DNA of 64,000 nt from the human T2T-CHM13v2.0 reference genome, Homo sapiens, in NCBI RefSeq assembly GCF_009914755.1, contig NC_060930.1; one strand, 5' to 3'. Positions 13,151 through 31,842 of this stretch are shown here, piece by piece. The stretch's first letter is position 1. The number at the start of each line of letters is the position of its first letter. The notes beneath the pieces were generated by a model, which was not told the DNA's origin, searched no databases, and saw only the letters and a program-made list of their open reading frames with translations. The translations under genes and the position numbers were made by a program.

Positions 13151-14121
13151 TGAATGCATGAAGTGCAAGGAAGAGACAGCACGATATAAGGCCATATATA
13201 AAAGGGACAGATTATTGTATATGTGTGTGTACATGTAAGAATTGTTATGATATACTGAGGAGCCCATTGTGGCAAATAGTGCTGAGCCATAAAAGTTCTT
13301 GCCAACCTACTGCAATTGTCCAACCTGCAGGATCCTGGGACTGAACACATCTGGACAGTTCTCTGTATTGTTAGGCCATGGCAGGTAAATTTTTGACCCC
13401 TTGACATCATAAAAGCCTCCATACCATCTTCACCAAGACACCTAAGGAATCAGAACCCAGTTGTCTGTAGCAGTCCAGGTGATATTTGAGGGTAGGCTGT
13501 TTTGCATAATGGTTAAACCTGAGACATCCTAGTTAAACTTTTCGACAGTTTCTCATCTGTAAAATGGAGACAATAGTATTCACTTCAAACATTGGCAGCA
13601 CTGAGACAGCACATGTCAAATTGCTCAGCATGGTCTCTAACATGGAGTTAGCTATGTTGATATAACTGAATAAACAAGTGTGTGCCCTACAGCCCATCTT
13701 TACCAAGGCTGAGATGTTTTTTTCACAAGGTTCTCTCCCTACTCCCCTTCCTCATCAGAAAGAAGTTAGCTTTGCATTGGCCTCTTCCCCAGCAAGACTA
13801 CTTATTAGCTCTGGGAGGGTGGGCAGGACATTCCTTCATCATCTTCCGTTGGTTTAATTCTCTTATTTGACCTGAGGAGACAAGAATTGAGAACATATAA
13901 AGGCATTTATATTGCCATATCAGGCTGCCCAGTAAAAAATTCTCTCTATTCCAATGTAAATTTTAAAACAATTTTATTAGTATGTCCTTTGGCCTTTCAA
14001 GTTGGGGGGAAAAATCAAAACCAGTATTCTGTACTAGAAAAATCTAACTGACATTTGTCTTACATTTTGTCATCCCAGCCAAAGTTAGGTAATCAAATGG
14101 AACTTTAAGAACTAAGCTTTA

Positions 14122-14478
<357 letters not shown>

Positions 14479-14894
14479 CTACAAGCCGCTCGTATTTAGT
14501 TCTATTTCTTCAACTGCCTGGCTTTTTCCCTTATCTTCACCTGGATAACTCCTGCCTGTTCTTCAAGACTCAGATGTCGTTCTCCAGGAAGCCTTTCCTA
14601 ATGTCTTTTCCCTGGAAATATACATTTTTAAAAGTTAGATATCTTTACTCCAAGAAACCTGTATTTATTCTGTCTACAACAGTTTCTTCCTCTGCAGTTT
14701 TTGTACTTGTCTCTTCCTTTAGACACTGAACCCGCTAAGAGCAGGGATTAAACTTCATTCATTTTTTACATTGCCAATGCCTGCTATAAAGAATCACATA
14801 AATGTGTGAATGAGGTTAAGTTTACACCTTATTCCTGCTCGGTGTGTATTATTTAGTTTATGAGGACATCTTGTGGCTAGATCATTTATTGCTA

Positions 14895-15333
<439 letters not shown>

Positions 15334-15890
15334 TCAGGGCCTTCAACAATAAAACCACTAAATAGGTGGTTTGTGAAACTCTCAAATGTCTTCCTGGTGG
15401 GAGTCATACCTAGAGGTTACTCATATATAGTTAGTGATTGGGAGATGTGAAGGTGGAAAGACCTACATCTACATCTCAGTTTCCATCACATCTTGGGTGA
15501 TCTTGAAAATAAATCACTCTGAATTTAAGTTCTCTGCAAAATGGATGTTGTCTCTTCCTTACTATATAGTATATGTAAAGTGCTTGGCACAGTGCCTAGC
15601 ATATCAAAGTGCCTAATAAATGGTACTTATCTAGAATATAACCAACCATTTAATGCTTGAGACATCCCCCTACTCCCAAACACAACAGACACACCAAATA
15701 CTCATCCATATTCTTCCTGAACACCTCTAGTGAGGGTGGAAATTACTGTTTTGGATGCAGCACATTCCACTCACAGCTCAGCTCTAACTTATACCATGAT
15801 ATTATACCCTGATGGTTTTTCCTAGTAATTTAAACACAAATATATAAGAAAACTTACCTTTCCATAAGTTGCCTTTTTAAAGATGTTTGA

Positions 15891-16343
<453 letters not shown>

Positions 16344-16374
16344 TAACATGGGTTTATAGTATAAAAGTTTTTTT

Positions 16375-16719
16375 TAAATGCTAGTAACTCAATGACTGAA
16401 TTTGTCTTTTAAGTTGAACTGTTCATTAAGTGACTTAAAATGTTATTATTCTGCTTGTACAAAACTAGGAAACAACAAATTAAACCTATAATGAGTTAAC
16501 AGATCTCAGCTGGGTGGCTTTGTTGGCGTCAAAGTTCCAATGAGATAAATGCTAGTAACTCAATGACTGAATTTGTCTTTTAAATTGAACTGTTCATTAA
16601 GTGACTTAAAATGTTATTATTATTCTGCTTGTACAAAACTAGGAAACAACAAATCAAACCTATAATGAGTTAACAGATCTCAGCTGGGTGGCTTTGTTGG
16701 CGTCGAAGTTCCAATGAGA
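16375..16719 (+). repeat. Tandem duplication of ~171 bp (16375-16545 / 16546-16719)
   Basis: The two copies differ by 3 substitutions and one TAT indel. Confidence 0.95.
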
Positions 16720-17008
16720 CATTAAAAAATGCCAGGCGTCATACATATGACTGAAAAGCTCAGACTGAATGTTTAATTTCTGCAGAGGAGTGAAGATCAG
16801 CAAAAACTACTATTTTTTCACTAAACACTCCTTTTTCTTTAAAAATAACTTGCATAAGGGTTAATTTCTATCAGAGATTGGCAATTTACTTGAATTTCTG
16901 AGTCAACTTTTTTCAGAAGATTCAGTTCAATCCATTGTTCTTCATGGGCTTTTTTGGCTTTTCTAATTCTACAGAATTAATGTTCAGGATTCTTTTTTTT
17001 ACACTTAG

Positions 17009-17193
17009 ATTACTCTTGTCTCTGCTGCTCCTGGGAAAGTGATTTGTGAAATGAAAGTAGAAGAAGAGCATACCAATGCAATAGGCACTCTCCACGGCGG
17101 TTTGACAGCCACATTAGTAGATAACATATCAACAATGGCTCTGCTATGCACGGAAAGGGGAGCACCCGGAGTCAGTGTCGATATGAACATAAC
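17009..17193 (+). CDS. ACOT13: ACOT13 coding exon 2 (ITLVSAAPGKVICEMK...HGG...DMNIT)
   Basis: ttttacacttag| acceptor and AC|GTATGT donor. Encodes the hot-dog thioesterase motif N..GTLHGG..TLVD. Confidence 0.98.
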
Positions 17194-17530
17194 GTATGTA
17201 TCCAAACTGTATTCCAAATCCCTTCTGTGTGATAACTGTCTAAACAACTGAGACTAAACACATTTATATTATTAGTAACGCATGAGATTCAATTAGCTGC
17301 TTATCTCCTTAACTGCACCTATAGATTTTGTCCTAAAATATTCCAGCCTTAAAATCTAGAACTAGAGCAGTTAATTTGCAAGTACAGTGTGTATCAATAG
17401 TAAAAAGGGAATGATCCCAAACATTCAAAAGAGCAACATTCAGCTTTTAATGTGTATACTGATGCAGGGGGAAAAATCACAAACTGATGGCTCATAACTG
17501 TTTCATACAGTCCTTAAAAGTGCCATTCAG

Positions 17531-18030
17531 GGCCAGACGCAGTGGCTCACGCCTATAATCCCAGCACTTTGGGAGGCCGAGGCAAGAGGATTGCTTGAAG
17601 CCTGGAGTTCAAGACCCCCATCTCTACAAAAAATAAATATTATTTAATTTTAAAAATACCACTTATAACACTATGAGGATTGTATTGAGTACATACAATT
17701 CAAAGTAAAGTTAGAGTTCATATACACATTATAATCTTACTCTAACAAACTGAACACCATTGCTGGGGTTTTTTTTTTTTTTTGGACACGGAGTCTCCCC
17801 ATCACCCAGGCTGGAGTGCAGCGGCACAATCTGGCTCACTTCAGCCTCCGCCTCTGGGGCTCAAGTAATTCTCCTGCCTCAGCCTCCCTAGTAGCTGGGA
17901 TTACAGGTGTGCGCCACCATGCTGGGCTAATTTTTGTGTTTTTAGTAAAGACGGGGTTTCACCATGTTGGCCAGGCTGGTCTTGAACTCCTGACCTCCAG
18001 TGTCCACCCACCTCAGCCTCCCAAAGTGTT
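17531..18030. mobile_element. Alu monomer (+, ~17531-17640) and AluS (-, ~17768-18030)
   Basis: Alu sequence in both orientations. Confidence 0.85.
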
Positions 18031-18327
18031 GAGTTTTAAGAATGGGCAGCAATCCTGGATCTCTCCCTGTGACTACACAGACATGTTCTGTGAGTTAAAC
18101 TACATGATCAGGGAACAGTGCCCCTCAGGGTCAAACTTCCAAAATGTAAGAAACTCAATTCCAACATAAACTGGTACTACTGCAGCCCCATTCAATAAAG
18201 AAAGAGCTGGGCACAGGGATTTAGTTTCAAGACAACTGCTTTTTCCACCTAAGCAACAAAAATGTAACTAACTGAGAGGTCAGGTTGAGAGAGCCATTGT
18301 GAGTAGATATGAGGGTAATGGAAATAA

Positions 18328-18699
<372 letters not shown>

Positions 18700-19551
18700 T
18701 CATGGGAATAACTTAAATTGAGGGTACAATAAGCAAATTACAAGATGCAGCCAAATGCTCTTTTTGAAATTAAGATGTACAGAAAAGAAAGGCTCTGCTT
18801 ATGTTACTGGTGTGCATATTCAGCAGTCCTTATTTCATGTGGTAAGAGGTGAGATCAGTAGATGACTTGATTTTCCCTAAAAGTCTCTATTAAGAGCAGA
18901 GAGATCTTCAAACCTAGCACTGCATTTCATGATCTACTAAGGTACTTTTGCCTTTAGAACCCTAAGGAATTTTCAGTAAGTCAAACATAGTTTTGGCCTT
19001 TCAAATATGTGTTGCCAAAAGCATTGGCCATCAAGAGCTGCCTACGCTTCAAAAACTGATTCACTTCAACAAAAACTAGGACATGGTCTTTCAAAAGTTA
19101 GAGATATTTCAAAAGTAAATGAATAATGTTTCAGTCAGTTAACACTTCATGATTCACTCTTTGATTTACTTGACATGGTACCAAATTTACTCCACCCCTG
19201 CACATCAAGTCCTATATTATACAGACTGAGGATGCCTGTTAGACTGTGACTTAGGTTAAAAACAAGCGAGGTTCCAAAACAACAAAAGGGGAAATTTTAG
19301 AGTATTACTGACAAAATGTCAATCTCCAAATTCCCCGGACTTAATGTTTACTCATCTGTAGCACAAAGGGTTCCTTATCTTCCCTCAGTTTAAGTTAATG
19401 GCTGTTAGCCAAAATTCTTGATTTCTAAGACAAAATTTAGGGAAATAATAAAAACTGGCCAAACTACTACTAAACATACTATTTTTCATTTCTTTACATT
19501 GAGGTATGTGAATTAAAGACAAGCCTGTTCTTTCCAGCAATAAGATCCACC

Positions 19552-19860
19552 TTTTTTTTTTTTTTTTTTTTTTTTGTGAGATGGAATCTTGCTCTGTTGC
19601 CCAGGCTGGAGTCCAGTGGCGCGATCTCGGCTCACTGCAACCTCTGCCTCCTGGGTTCCTGCCATTCTTCTGCCTCAGCCTCAAAAGTAGCTGAGATTAC
19701 AGGTGCCCACCACCATGCCTAGCTAACTTCTGTATTTTTAGTTGAGACGGGGTTTCACCACGTTGGCCGGGCTGGTCTCGAACTCCTGCCCTCAGGTGAT
19801 CTGCCCACCTCGGCCTCCCAAAGTGCTGGGATTACAGGCTTGAGCCATCGTGCCCGGCCA
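19552..19860 (-). mobile_element. AluS
   Basis: Antisense Alu with TSD AGATCCACCTTT. Confidence 0.93.
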
Positions 19861-20582
19861 GATCCACCTTTCTTATACCTCCTAGCCATAAATACTGAAG
19901 TCTTATTTTGAATATGGCAAAAATACATATCCTTTTTAAAGGTTTCTTTCTAAAAAGCAGAAACATAAAAATAAACTGTAAGGAAATTATTTCCCTTTAA
20001 AACATTAACATTTGTTTTAAACAATCCTCATCTCCCCAATTCTTTTTTTAATTAGCTGGAGCCAGCTGAGTTAAAGACAACTTATGATTACAAGTGACTA
20101 GGATGTACATCTCTTAAAAATATAGACAGTCCATCATCAAGATTGTAAGGACATCATATCAATTCCTTATAGTTGTTATATTGTCATTTTAGAGTCAAAT
20201 AAATTGTAAATATGGATAGGACAATATACAGACACCAAGTGATATTTCATCTAAGAAGTTAAGGAGATTAAATGAAAGCTGGAGGAAATCTTTCACCAGC
20301 CCCAAATAAATGTGAAGTGGGAAATGTAAAGGGAAAAAAGGGGAGGCAAGAAAACCTCTTCTCACATATTTGGGAAAAGAAACTTGTGTGGGTAAGGAAT
20401 GGGTAAAATAGAACCTGGTTAGGACCAGCCATTCACATTTGATAGTACAGAAAGCTTACCAATACTACCGTTAAAACTATTTTTAGGAGTAAAATAAGTT
20501 ACATAGGAACACTGTTGTGAGATGCACACAACTTTCCCTTTGAAAAATTATCTGCTGTTAACTATATTCATTTTCTTTCAAG

Positions 20583-20739
20583 GTACATGTCACCTGCAAA
20601 ATTAGGAGAAGATATAGTGATTACAGCACATGTTCTGAAGCAAGGAAAAACACTTGCATTTACCTCTGTGGATCTGACCAACAAGGCCACAGGAAAATTA
20701 ATAGCACAAGGAAGACACACAAAACACCTGGGAAACTGA
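20583..20739 (+). CDS. ACOT13: ACOT13 last coding exon (YMSPAKLGEDIVITAHVLKQGK...GRHTKHLGN*)
   Basis: ttttctttcaag| acceptor, phase-2 junction AC|G consistent with exon 2, and TGA at 20737-20739. Confidence 0.98.
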
Positions 20740-20817
20740 GAGAACAGCAGAATGACCTAAAGAAACCCAACAATGAATATCAAGTATAGATTTGACTCAA
20801 ACAATTGTAATTTTTGA

Positions 20818-20823
20818 AATAAA
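20818..20823 (+). terminator. ACOT13: Proximal ACOT13 polyadenylation signal
   Basis: AATAAA ~80 nt after the stop, with upstream TGTA and downstream GT/T-rich sequence. Confidence 0.7.
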
Positions 20824-21079
20824 CTAGCAAAACCAGAAGCAGCTAGAAATATTCTTGGAGGAAAAGGACCTGGATATCAAGTAGGGTAAAGGTGGGGGTG
20901 TCTTTTTTCACTTTAAGCATCTTGTTTTCTAATCATGTGTGATAATTGGGTGAAAAATTCTTAGCTCAAAGTGTTTTAAAAACAGGTAAAGCAAAGAAAC
21001 TAGCAGGACCACTCTCAGTTAAGATTAAAACTAAAGTCCAGTGTTAAGCTAAAGGAGAAATAGAAATTAATGGTTCTAA

Positions 21080-21670
<591 letters not shown>

Positions 21671-22039
21671 ATGGAGACCACAGCAATGGCCAATCCTTAG
21701 CGAATCTTAGGTCCTTCCCAGATCTAAAATGCCAAGCTACACTTGCATTTCCTTTTTTTAAGATTATGAAACTTCAAAATATATGAACTACAGCCCATAT
21801 TGAAAAATAAAATAGATTGAGCCATATGCCTAAAAAAGACCTCAAGAAAAGTTTGAGGCAAAGCATGTTAGTGTTACAGGAAATGGTCCAATAGAGGGGG
21901 AAGAAAAAAAGCATGCTACTAGCCCCTTTTCTTGTACCGAGAATAAAACCATGCAGATCTCAAACCTCCAAGTCTATAGTATTGAAAAGACCAAGTTCAC
22001 TTCTCAGAAGTCTCCAAGTTCAGTTGACTGTGGCACTCT

Positions 22040-22300
22040 GAGACAGCTTCTGTCACTCAGGCTGGAGTGATACAATCACAGCTTCCCATAGCCTCAAAAT
22101 CCCAGGCTCAAGACATTCTTCCACCTCAGTCTCCTGAGTAGCTGGAACTACAGGCGTGTGCCACCACGCCTAATTTTATTTTTGTAGAAACAAGGTCTCA
22201 CTGTTGCCCAGCCTCGTCTCAAACTCCTAGGCTCAAGCAATCCTCCTGCCTTGGCCCCCCAAGTACTGGACTTACAGGTGTGAACCACTGCACCCAGCTG
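22040..22300 (-). mobile_element. AluJ
   Basis: Diverged antisense Alu. Confidence 0.85.
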
Positions 22301-24024
22301 ACTCTTACTTGATTTCTGTCAGGGAATCTTAATGAACATTTCATGACTAAAGACTAAAAAGGATGCAGCTTTAAGTAAATTTAAGTCAAGTTAACAGTTA
22401 AAGACAAATCCTTTCCCTACATTAGATCGCCTGCTGATCTGTCCACTGTGAAAGGGCAGAAGACTCCACAGTAGCAATAGCAGCAGTGAGCATACAGGAG
22501 TCCCAGATGTTTACTTCTAGTATTTCCCACTAAAAGGAAGCTGGGCTCCTTGGAGAAACAGCTGACTCCAGGGCTTGAGGCTGGGACAGAAAGGTTACAG
22601 TATCTTATGCATGAAAGGAGATGCTCAAAATAATAAAGGCATGCAAATTATGATTTGGAGGGAAAAAATATGAGGCCATAGTGTTTAGGTAGATAATAAA
22701 TGGCAGAGATAGAACACTCTCTTACAACAAATGCTGTAAATGGACAAAGCATTAGATTTGGAAAATCACTATTTTGTAACCATCATAGTTAAAGACTGGT
22801 TTGGGTTTTAGTCTGGAAAGAATCGCCAAGGGAGCTCCTGATAAAGGAACAGGGTATTTGCACATTGCTTCCCAGAGATTGCTAGTAGTAAGTACCACAC
22901 ATAGGGCAAAACCAGGACACCTTGACCAGGCGCTCAAAAGTAACATCAATGAAGAGCAGATGGAGAGTATACTTGAGAAGGGCGTTAAGCATGAATAAAC
23001 AATTCAAATGCAAAATGAGTAACAATTTACAAGAAAAATTGCCCTGTACTCCAAAAAACATAGAGGTCATGGAACACATAAAGGCTAAGGAACTGTTCCA
23101 CATTAAAGACAACTGAGAACAACTAAATTCAATGATCCTGTACTCTAGAGGGGGGGATCTAAAACAAGCTACCAAGGATACTGGGACAACAAAACGAATA
23201 TGGATGATAAAGAGTATCAACATTCCCTGAGTTTGGTAATTTTACTCTAGTTATATGAAATATTCTTGTACTTGGAACATATGCCGAAGTACTAAGGAAG
23301 GGGTAAGGAAGCACAAAGTGTGCAACAAACTCAAATAGCTCACAGGTATAAGTGTACAGAGAAAATGAAAAAAATGTGGCAAAATAATAAAAATGAGGGT
23401 AAAGATTACACAACAGCTTTCATATTACTCTGGCAACTTTTCTAAATTATTCCAAAATAAAAACGTAAACAATGGCTGCCAAAATGCCTAACTTGGTGAA
23501 CATAAGTGTAATTCAATATGGTAAATTAATTCAACATGGTAAATTAAGAGCATAGGCCTTAAGAGCCAGCCAGCCTGGTTTTAAATCCTCCACTACTTAT
23601 GATCTGAGCTTGAGCAAGTTACTTAACCTCTGCATCTATTTCCACCAAAGGTTGAGAGGTTAAGACAAGAGCTTAGAAGAGTACCTGGTTATAATAAACA
23701 TTCAAAATGTTATTTCAAATAGATTCTAATTTTTAAATAAGAGGACACATGAAAGCATTTTGAAATTTAAGAATGGCCCTTTCCCATGAAGCAAGGCATA
23801 AGGCCAGGTTGCTAACTGTTGAAAGCTGACAGTATGTTCTTGATTCCTGTTCTTGTTGAAGTTACACACTCAATTGCCAGGTATTTTTCTTCTGAATTTA
23901 CTATTTAGCCACAGACTATGAAATAATTCTCTAAGGTGACCAGTAACATCAGTGAAATGGAAAGAAAAAGTTAACACTTCAAACTTTGTGTATTCACCTG
24001 AATAGTCAGGGAACTTTCACCTAT

Positions 24025-24030
24025 TTTATT
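24025..24030 (-). terminator. C6orf62: C6orf62 polyadenylation signal
   Basis: TTTATT on + (AATAAA on -) at the distal end of a transposon-free 1.2-kb 3'UTR. Confidence 0.65.
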
Positions 24031-24148
24031 TAGGTTTTCTTTTTCTTTTTTTCTTTTTTTTTCAAATTCCAACCAGAAGCTAAATACAATTGGAAACTGG
24101 TAAGCACTAGTTTTACTCCAAAGGAGTAGGATCATTCAGATTTACTCC

Positions 24149-24154
24149 AATAAA
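24149..24154 (+). terminator. ACOT13: Candidate distal ACOT13 polyadenylation signal
   Basis: AATAAA on +; a second copy lies at 24411-24416. Confidence 0.4.
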
Positions 24155-25259
24155 AGTATGCAACCCTTAAGCAAAGCTTTTCTTCATTTAAAAGGAGAAA
24201 AAAAAAAAACCTATACAGTAGTCTTTCCTTATGTTCATTGCACAAAATGAGTTCTGCTTTTAGAACTTTGACACTCAATGGTTAATTTTACAATTTAAGA
24301 TTCCAACTTTATAACCTTTTTTCTACTCCAAAACACCCTTGTAAAGTTTTTCTTTAGGATGGTGTAAAAACCAGCATTTCTGCACAATTCACTGGAATTT
24401 TTTTCTTTGTAATAAAAATCTCTTCTCTGTAAAACCAAAAACAAAACAAAACAAAACAAAACAAAACCAAAAGAAAAGTCCTCTACCTATCATGGTTTCT
24501 GCAGCTATGCATGTATTTCTGTTTTATAGCTGCTTTATAGCTACTTCAGACTCCAGATCTGCTTTAATGTGTATAACTGCATCCACACGCAGCAGAATAC
24601 TCTTACAATAGCAACTTGGGGAAAGAGATCTGGAAAAAAAAAATACATGAGTACCAGGAAACAAACATGGCCCAGTAAAATATGAGGCAAAAATGCCTAC
24701 AATGAGATGCGTTTTTCATTTAAGATTTCTTTCCCATGGTTGTATTTTCTTTTTTTAAACCAGTTCTGGTCATTAGAATGTATCTGACAGTGCTCTGGAA
24801 CAACTGTGATTATAGCAAAGTTATTGTTTTTAAAAATGTTATTTATACCTGTTACATTCACTTCTCACCCTCTAAATACTGATGACAGATGTCAAAGAGG
24901 CAAAAACCAGCACAAATGGGAAGACCATAAAAATGAGTATCACCTTGTGCTTTCAGATACATTTAAGCATTTCAGTGTACAATAGTCCTTTCATTTCACA
25001 TTTTTAGTAAGATACTGATGCAGTGCAGCAAATATGCAAAGCATCTTCTTTCACACAGTCCGTGCACGACATCTAATTTTTGTTTAAGTTCTGAGATAAA
25101 AATGATTTAAAAAAATCCAGGATGAACAAGTTTCAAAATGCATAGTGTTCTGTGCATGAGTCCATTTTCTTTAAACTCTGAAAGAATAAAGTGGTAAGAA
25201 AACAAGAAAAAAAACTGCTGCTGCATTCTCTGATCTTCTCCATTTTGCTGGTCAGTACT

Positions 25260-25385
25260 CTACTCTGGCATATAAGGACGGAGGTGATCCTCTATGGTGC
25301 CAACTGCCCAGTGGGTGAGCTGTTCCTGTGGCAGGTAGAGGCAGATGCTGCATAACTTGAAGATTGTAGCTTTGTTTTTTGGAGT
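25260..25385 (-). CDS. C6orf62: C6orf62 exon 5 ([13 protein letters not shown]...HLRPYMPE*)
   Basis: Acceptor ttttccccttccag|ACT, TAG stop, 126 nt. Confidence 0.96.
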
Positions 25386-25751
25386 CTGGAAGGGGAAAAC
25401 ATTTTAATATTTTTTAAAAATAAGACTTTAGCGTAACTGTCACATGAAGTCCATTTCCCACAATTTATTAAACATCTTAACATACAGAGTAAGGGACAAA
25501 TTGTAGTCCCTATCCATATTCTAGACAGACAAAATCTTGCCATATAAGATAAAGGAAAAATTTATGCAGAATTAGAAGATAAAAAGTTAGGGAAGTAAAC
25601 CAGAGACTACTTGCTAGAAGAAATTAAAGCTAAAGGCATTTCATGGGGACAGATTTTGAGAAGTCTGAAGTCATTTTTATATAGAGGAAGATAAAGCAGA
25701 TGTGGTAAGAATAGAAGCTAGTGAGAGGATGAAGGAATAGGTAAAACTTTA

Positions 25752-27761
<2,010 letters not shown>

Positions 27762-27900
27762 TATTTTTTGCTTTTTAAATAACTTCAAAAATAATGCAGT
27801 GTTTGGGGGACACAACAATTAAGTAACTTGTATATAAAACGTTTACTAACCAATAAGTTTTTGAATGAGCCTGTAAGTGGTTTTCAAAAAAGCTGCTTAC

Positions 27901-28035
27901 CTGCAAGTGCTGTCTGTCAATGAAGAGAAACACTGACTGGTTAGGATTGTTGACAACGATTCCAGTCTTGTCCTTGCGGCTCAGTACATGCAGAAACTGT
28001 TTTTCATAGTCACCATGATGAAACTCAAATTTGGC
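27901..28035 (-). CDS. C6orf62: C6orf62 exon 4 ([14 protein letters not shown]...IDRQHLQ)
   Basis: tag|GCC acceptor, CAG|GTAAGC donor, 135 nt open. Confidence 0.96.
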
Positions 28036-29376
28036 CTAATTACAAAATACAACATTTATATTAAACTACAAACAAGTTATACTACCTATCTGCATCTATA
28101 TGCTAGCTGTGCTGTCCAATAAAGCAGCCAACAGTCCGTTATCTTTTCCTCTTTAAAAAAACAAATTTTGGCAAACCCACAGCCAATAATATCACAGGCA
28201 AAATTTAGATTAAAAGCAATTTACAATTCCATTCTTCAGTAGCACTAGCCACATTTCAAATGCTCAACGGTCACATGACTACTGGCCACCATTAAGAACA
28301 ATCTCTTGAGATACAGAACATTTCCTTAATTGTAGAGAATTCTATTGGACAGTACACTCCACAACAGCAGTTGATCAGGAAATGCTCTGCATCAAAATGA
28401 CTAAATCCTAGTACTCCACGATCATAAAATTGTATTTTCAAACCTACTCAGTCCAAGACTCCCACCATAGTACTTTAAGCCCCAAGGACATCTCTTTTCT
28501 TTTGATTAGGAGTCACATTGTTAATTGCTGTTTCTAAGAAAAAAAAAAAAATAAATCTGTTTATTCTAACCCTAGCTGCACAACTCACTAGTTACGTGAC
28601 CGTATGCAAATCCCTTAACTTATCTAAACTTCAGCTTCCTCATCTATAAAATAAGGCTGTAACCCATTTCACAGGACAGTTAAGAGGGTTAAATGAAATG
28701 TAAAGCCCACAACTGAAATATAGTTTTGCTCCTCACAGATAGGCTATGTTTTTATGTGAATTTTTCCCACAGTTAGCCTTGGGTCATTCTCAAAAATTTG
28801 TGAAGTTATGAAAGACTGTTATCAATTAAGTCAGAACACTCCCTTCAATCTTTTAACATGAGGAAGATCAACTCCATCCTCCCACAAAATATCTGTTGGG
28901 CATGGTGAGACACCAAATGCTACATGACATGACCAGGCTTGATGGAGAATTCAAGAAACCTAGATTTAACAATATGATATTTAGACAATACTGAGTTGTA
29001 CAAATAATTGTTAAGTCCATTTTGGTTCAAACAAATTTTATTGCCGTTACGTCAAAAACAGTAGGAAATAATAACATTGAAAAACCAAGTTCCTGCTATG
29101 TAGCATTTTATACCTAGGAGCTTTTCTTATAAACCGTAACATAAAATATGATACAGCATCACAATATACCATATGTAAAATGATACTGAATTGTACTTCC
29201 ATACAATTCAAATATTAAATTATTAGTATGATCATAAGCATATCAAAAGCATGCTATTAGCTACTAAACAATAGGAATAAGGTTACTTCAGCCTTAAGGG
29301 GCTTATTATACTGCTGAAGAGGACAAGTACAGCCAAATATAAAACCCAACTTGCTTCAAATCCTTTCCCAGAATAA

Positions 29377-30150
<774 letters not shown>

Positions 30151-30373
30151 ACAGCCATACTAGGAAACAGAACCAACACAAAAACAAATGTGTTAAAAAC
30201 TGAAATACTATTCAAGTAACAAAGCTGCAATATGGTAAGCAACCAGGGTGGGTGCAAGAACCGGTAACCACACTGAAAAAAGGTTTGAGTGAGACTGAAA
30301 AAGGCCTTCCTTATAGTTCTTTAGCATTTCAATTCTATCATATTGAATATCCACTTATCTGAAAAGAAATGGT

Positions 30374-30403
<30 letters not shown>
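30374..30403 (+). repeat. (CA)n microsatellite, interrupted
   Basis: acacacacacacacaca aacacacacacaca. Confidence 0.9.
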
Positions 30404-30404
<1 letters not shown>

Positions 30405-31236
30405 ACTTCTCATAAGCAGCATGAAAGAAGTAATTCCCACAGAAGTAACGAAATATTCTAACAGTCAGGGGAGGAGCTAACCTTGGCAGTAGCATTAATA
30501 ATGAAGAGAAAAGAAGAGATACATTTTAGTAGTACCTCCCAGCACTTCACAGTACACTGAAGAACTCAGTATTTAAAAACAATCCTTATTCTGGTTCCGA
30601 TTATATCCTCACTACCCATATATTCAGGTTTTACAGTGCTTCAAAAGGCCAGGCACGGTGACTCACACCTGTAATCTCAGCACTTTGGGAGGCTGAGGCA
30701 AGAGGATCACTTGAACCTAGGAGTTCAAGACCAGCCTGGGCAACAAAGTGAGACCCCATCTCTACAAAAAATTAATTAAATTTTAAAAATAAGTAAAGTG
30801 CTTTAAGAGTCAAAAAACAAAAAACAAAAAAAAGAGGCCTGCAAGTTAACATTTACCATTCCTTTTCTCATTTTCTTTGAGAAAGAACTGAGTGAGTTAT
30901 ATTTAAGGCCCCTCATATAGGATATTCACACATTTTAAATTACTTCAGAGAAGCAAATTAGTTCTTACAATATTAACCTACTTACTGCAGTTGAATTCTA
31001 AAGTCATTACCTACATCATACTGCTTACACTCAGTCCAGAATTTTAAGATTCTATAATTAATATAGGTAAATTTTCACAGTACAGGGTAGTGAGTTAAAA
31101 GCACAGTCAGTCCAGGCTTTTATCCTATTTAACTGCCTTGGGCCTTATTTACCTAATTTCTGTCTCAGTTTCTTCCTATCTACCCAGTTATTTTAAGGAC
31201 TGAGATTAAATATATATAAAGTAAGAGAAAGTCTAA

Positions 31237-31842
31237 GGCCAAGTGTGGTGGCTCATACCCGTAATCCCACCACTTTGGGAGGCCAAGCCAGGCAGATCAC
31301 TTGAGGTCAAGGACACCACCCTGGCCAACATAGCAAAACTCCGTCTCTACAAAAAAAATACAAAAATTAGCTGGGTGTCATAGCATGCGCCTATAATCCC
31401 AGCTACTCAAGAGGCTGAGGCACAAGAACGGCTCAAACCTGGGAGGCAGAGGTTGCAGTGAGCCAAGATCACGCCACCACACTCCAGCTTGGGCGACAGA
31501 GCAAGACCCTGTCTCAAAAAAAGGACGGGCATGGTGGCTCATACCTGTAATCCCAGCACTTTGGGAGGCCGAGGCGGGTGAATCACGAGGTCAAGAGATC
31601 GAGACCATCCCGGCCAACATGGTGAAAACCCGTCTCTACTAAAAATACAAAAATTAGCTGGGCGTGGTGGCATGTCCCTGTAGACCCAGCTACTCGGGAG
31701 GCTAAGGCAGGAGAATCATTTGAACCAGGGAGGCGGAGGCAGAGGTTGCAAGGAGGAGGAGGTTGCAGTGAGCCAAGATCACACTACTGCACTCCAATCT
31801 GGCAACAGAGTGAGACTCTGTCTCAAAAAAAAAAAAAAAAAA
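31237..31842 (+). mobile_element. Two tandem Alus (second AluSc-like, inserted in the tail of the first)
   Basis: Alu, A-tail, Alu; the second carries an internal duplication of ggaggttgca. Confidence 0.9.

Noticed and set aside
16375-16719. Possible CRISPR-like or array structure
   Set aside because: There are only two adjacent copies with no spacers, in eukaryotic DNA. No CRISPR array, rRNA or tRNA gene was seen anywhere in the window.
23509-23544. 18-bp tandem duplication TAATTCAAYATGGTAAAT
   Set aside because: An ordinary slippage duplication next to a MIR, with no functional cue.
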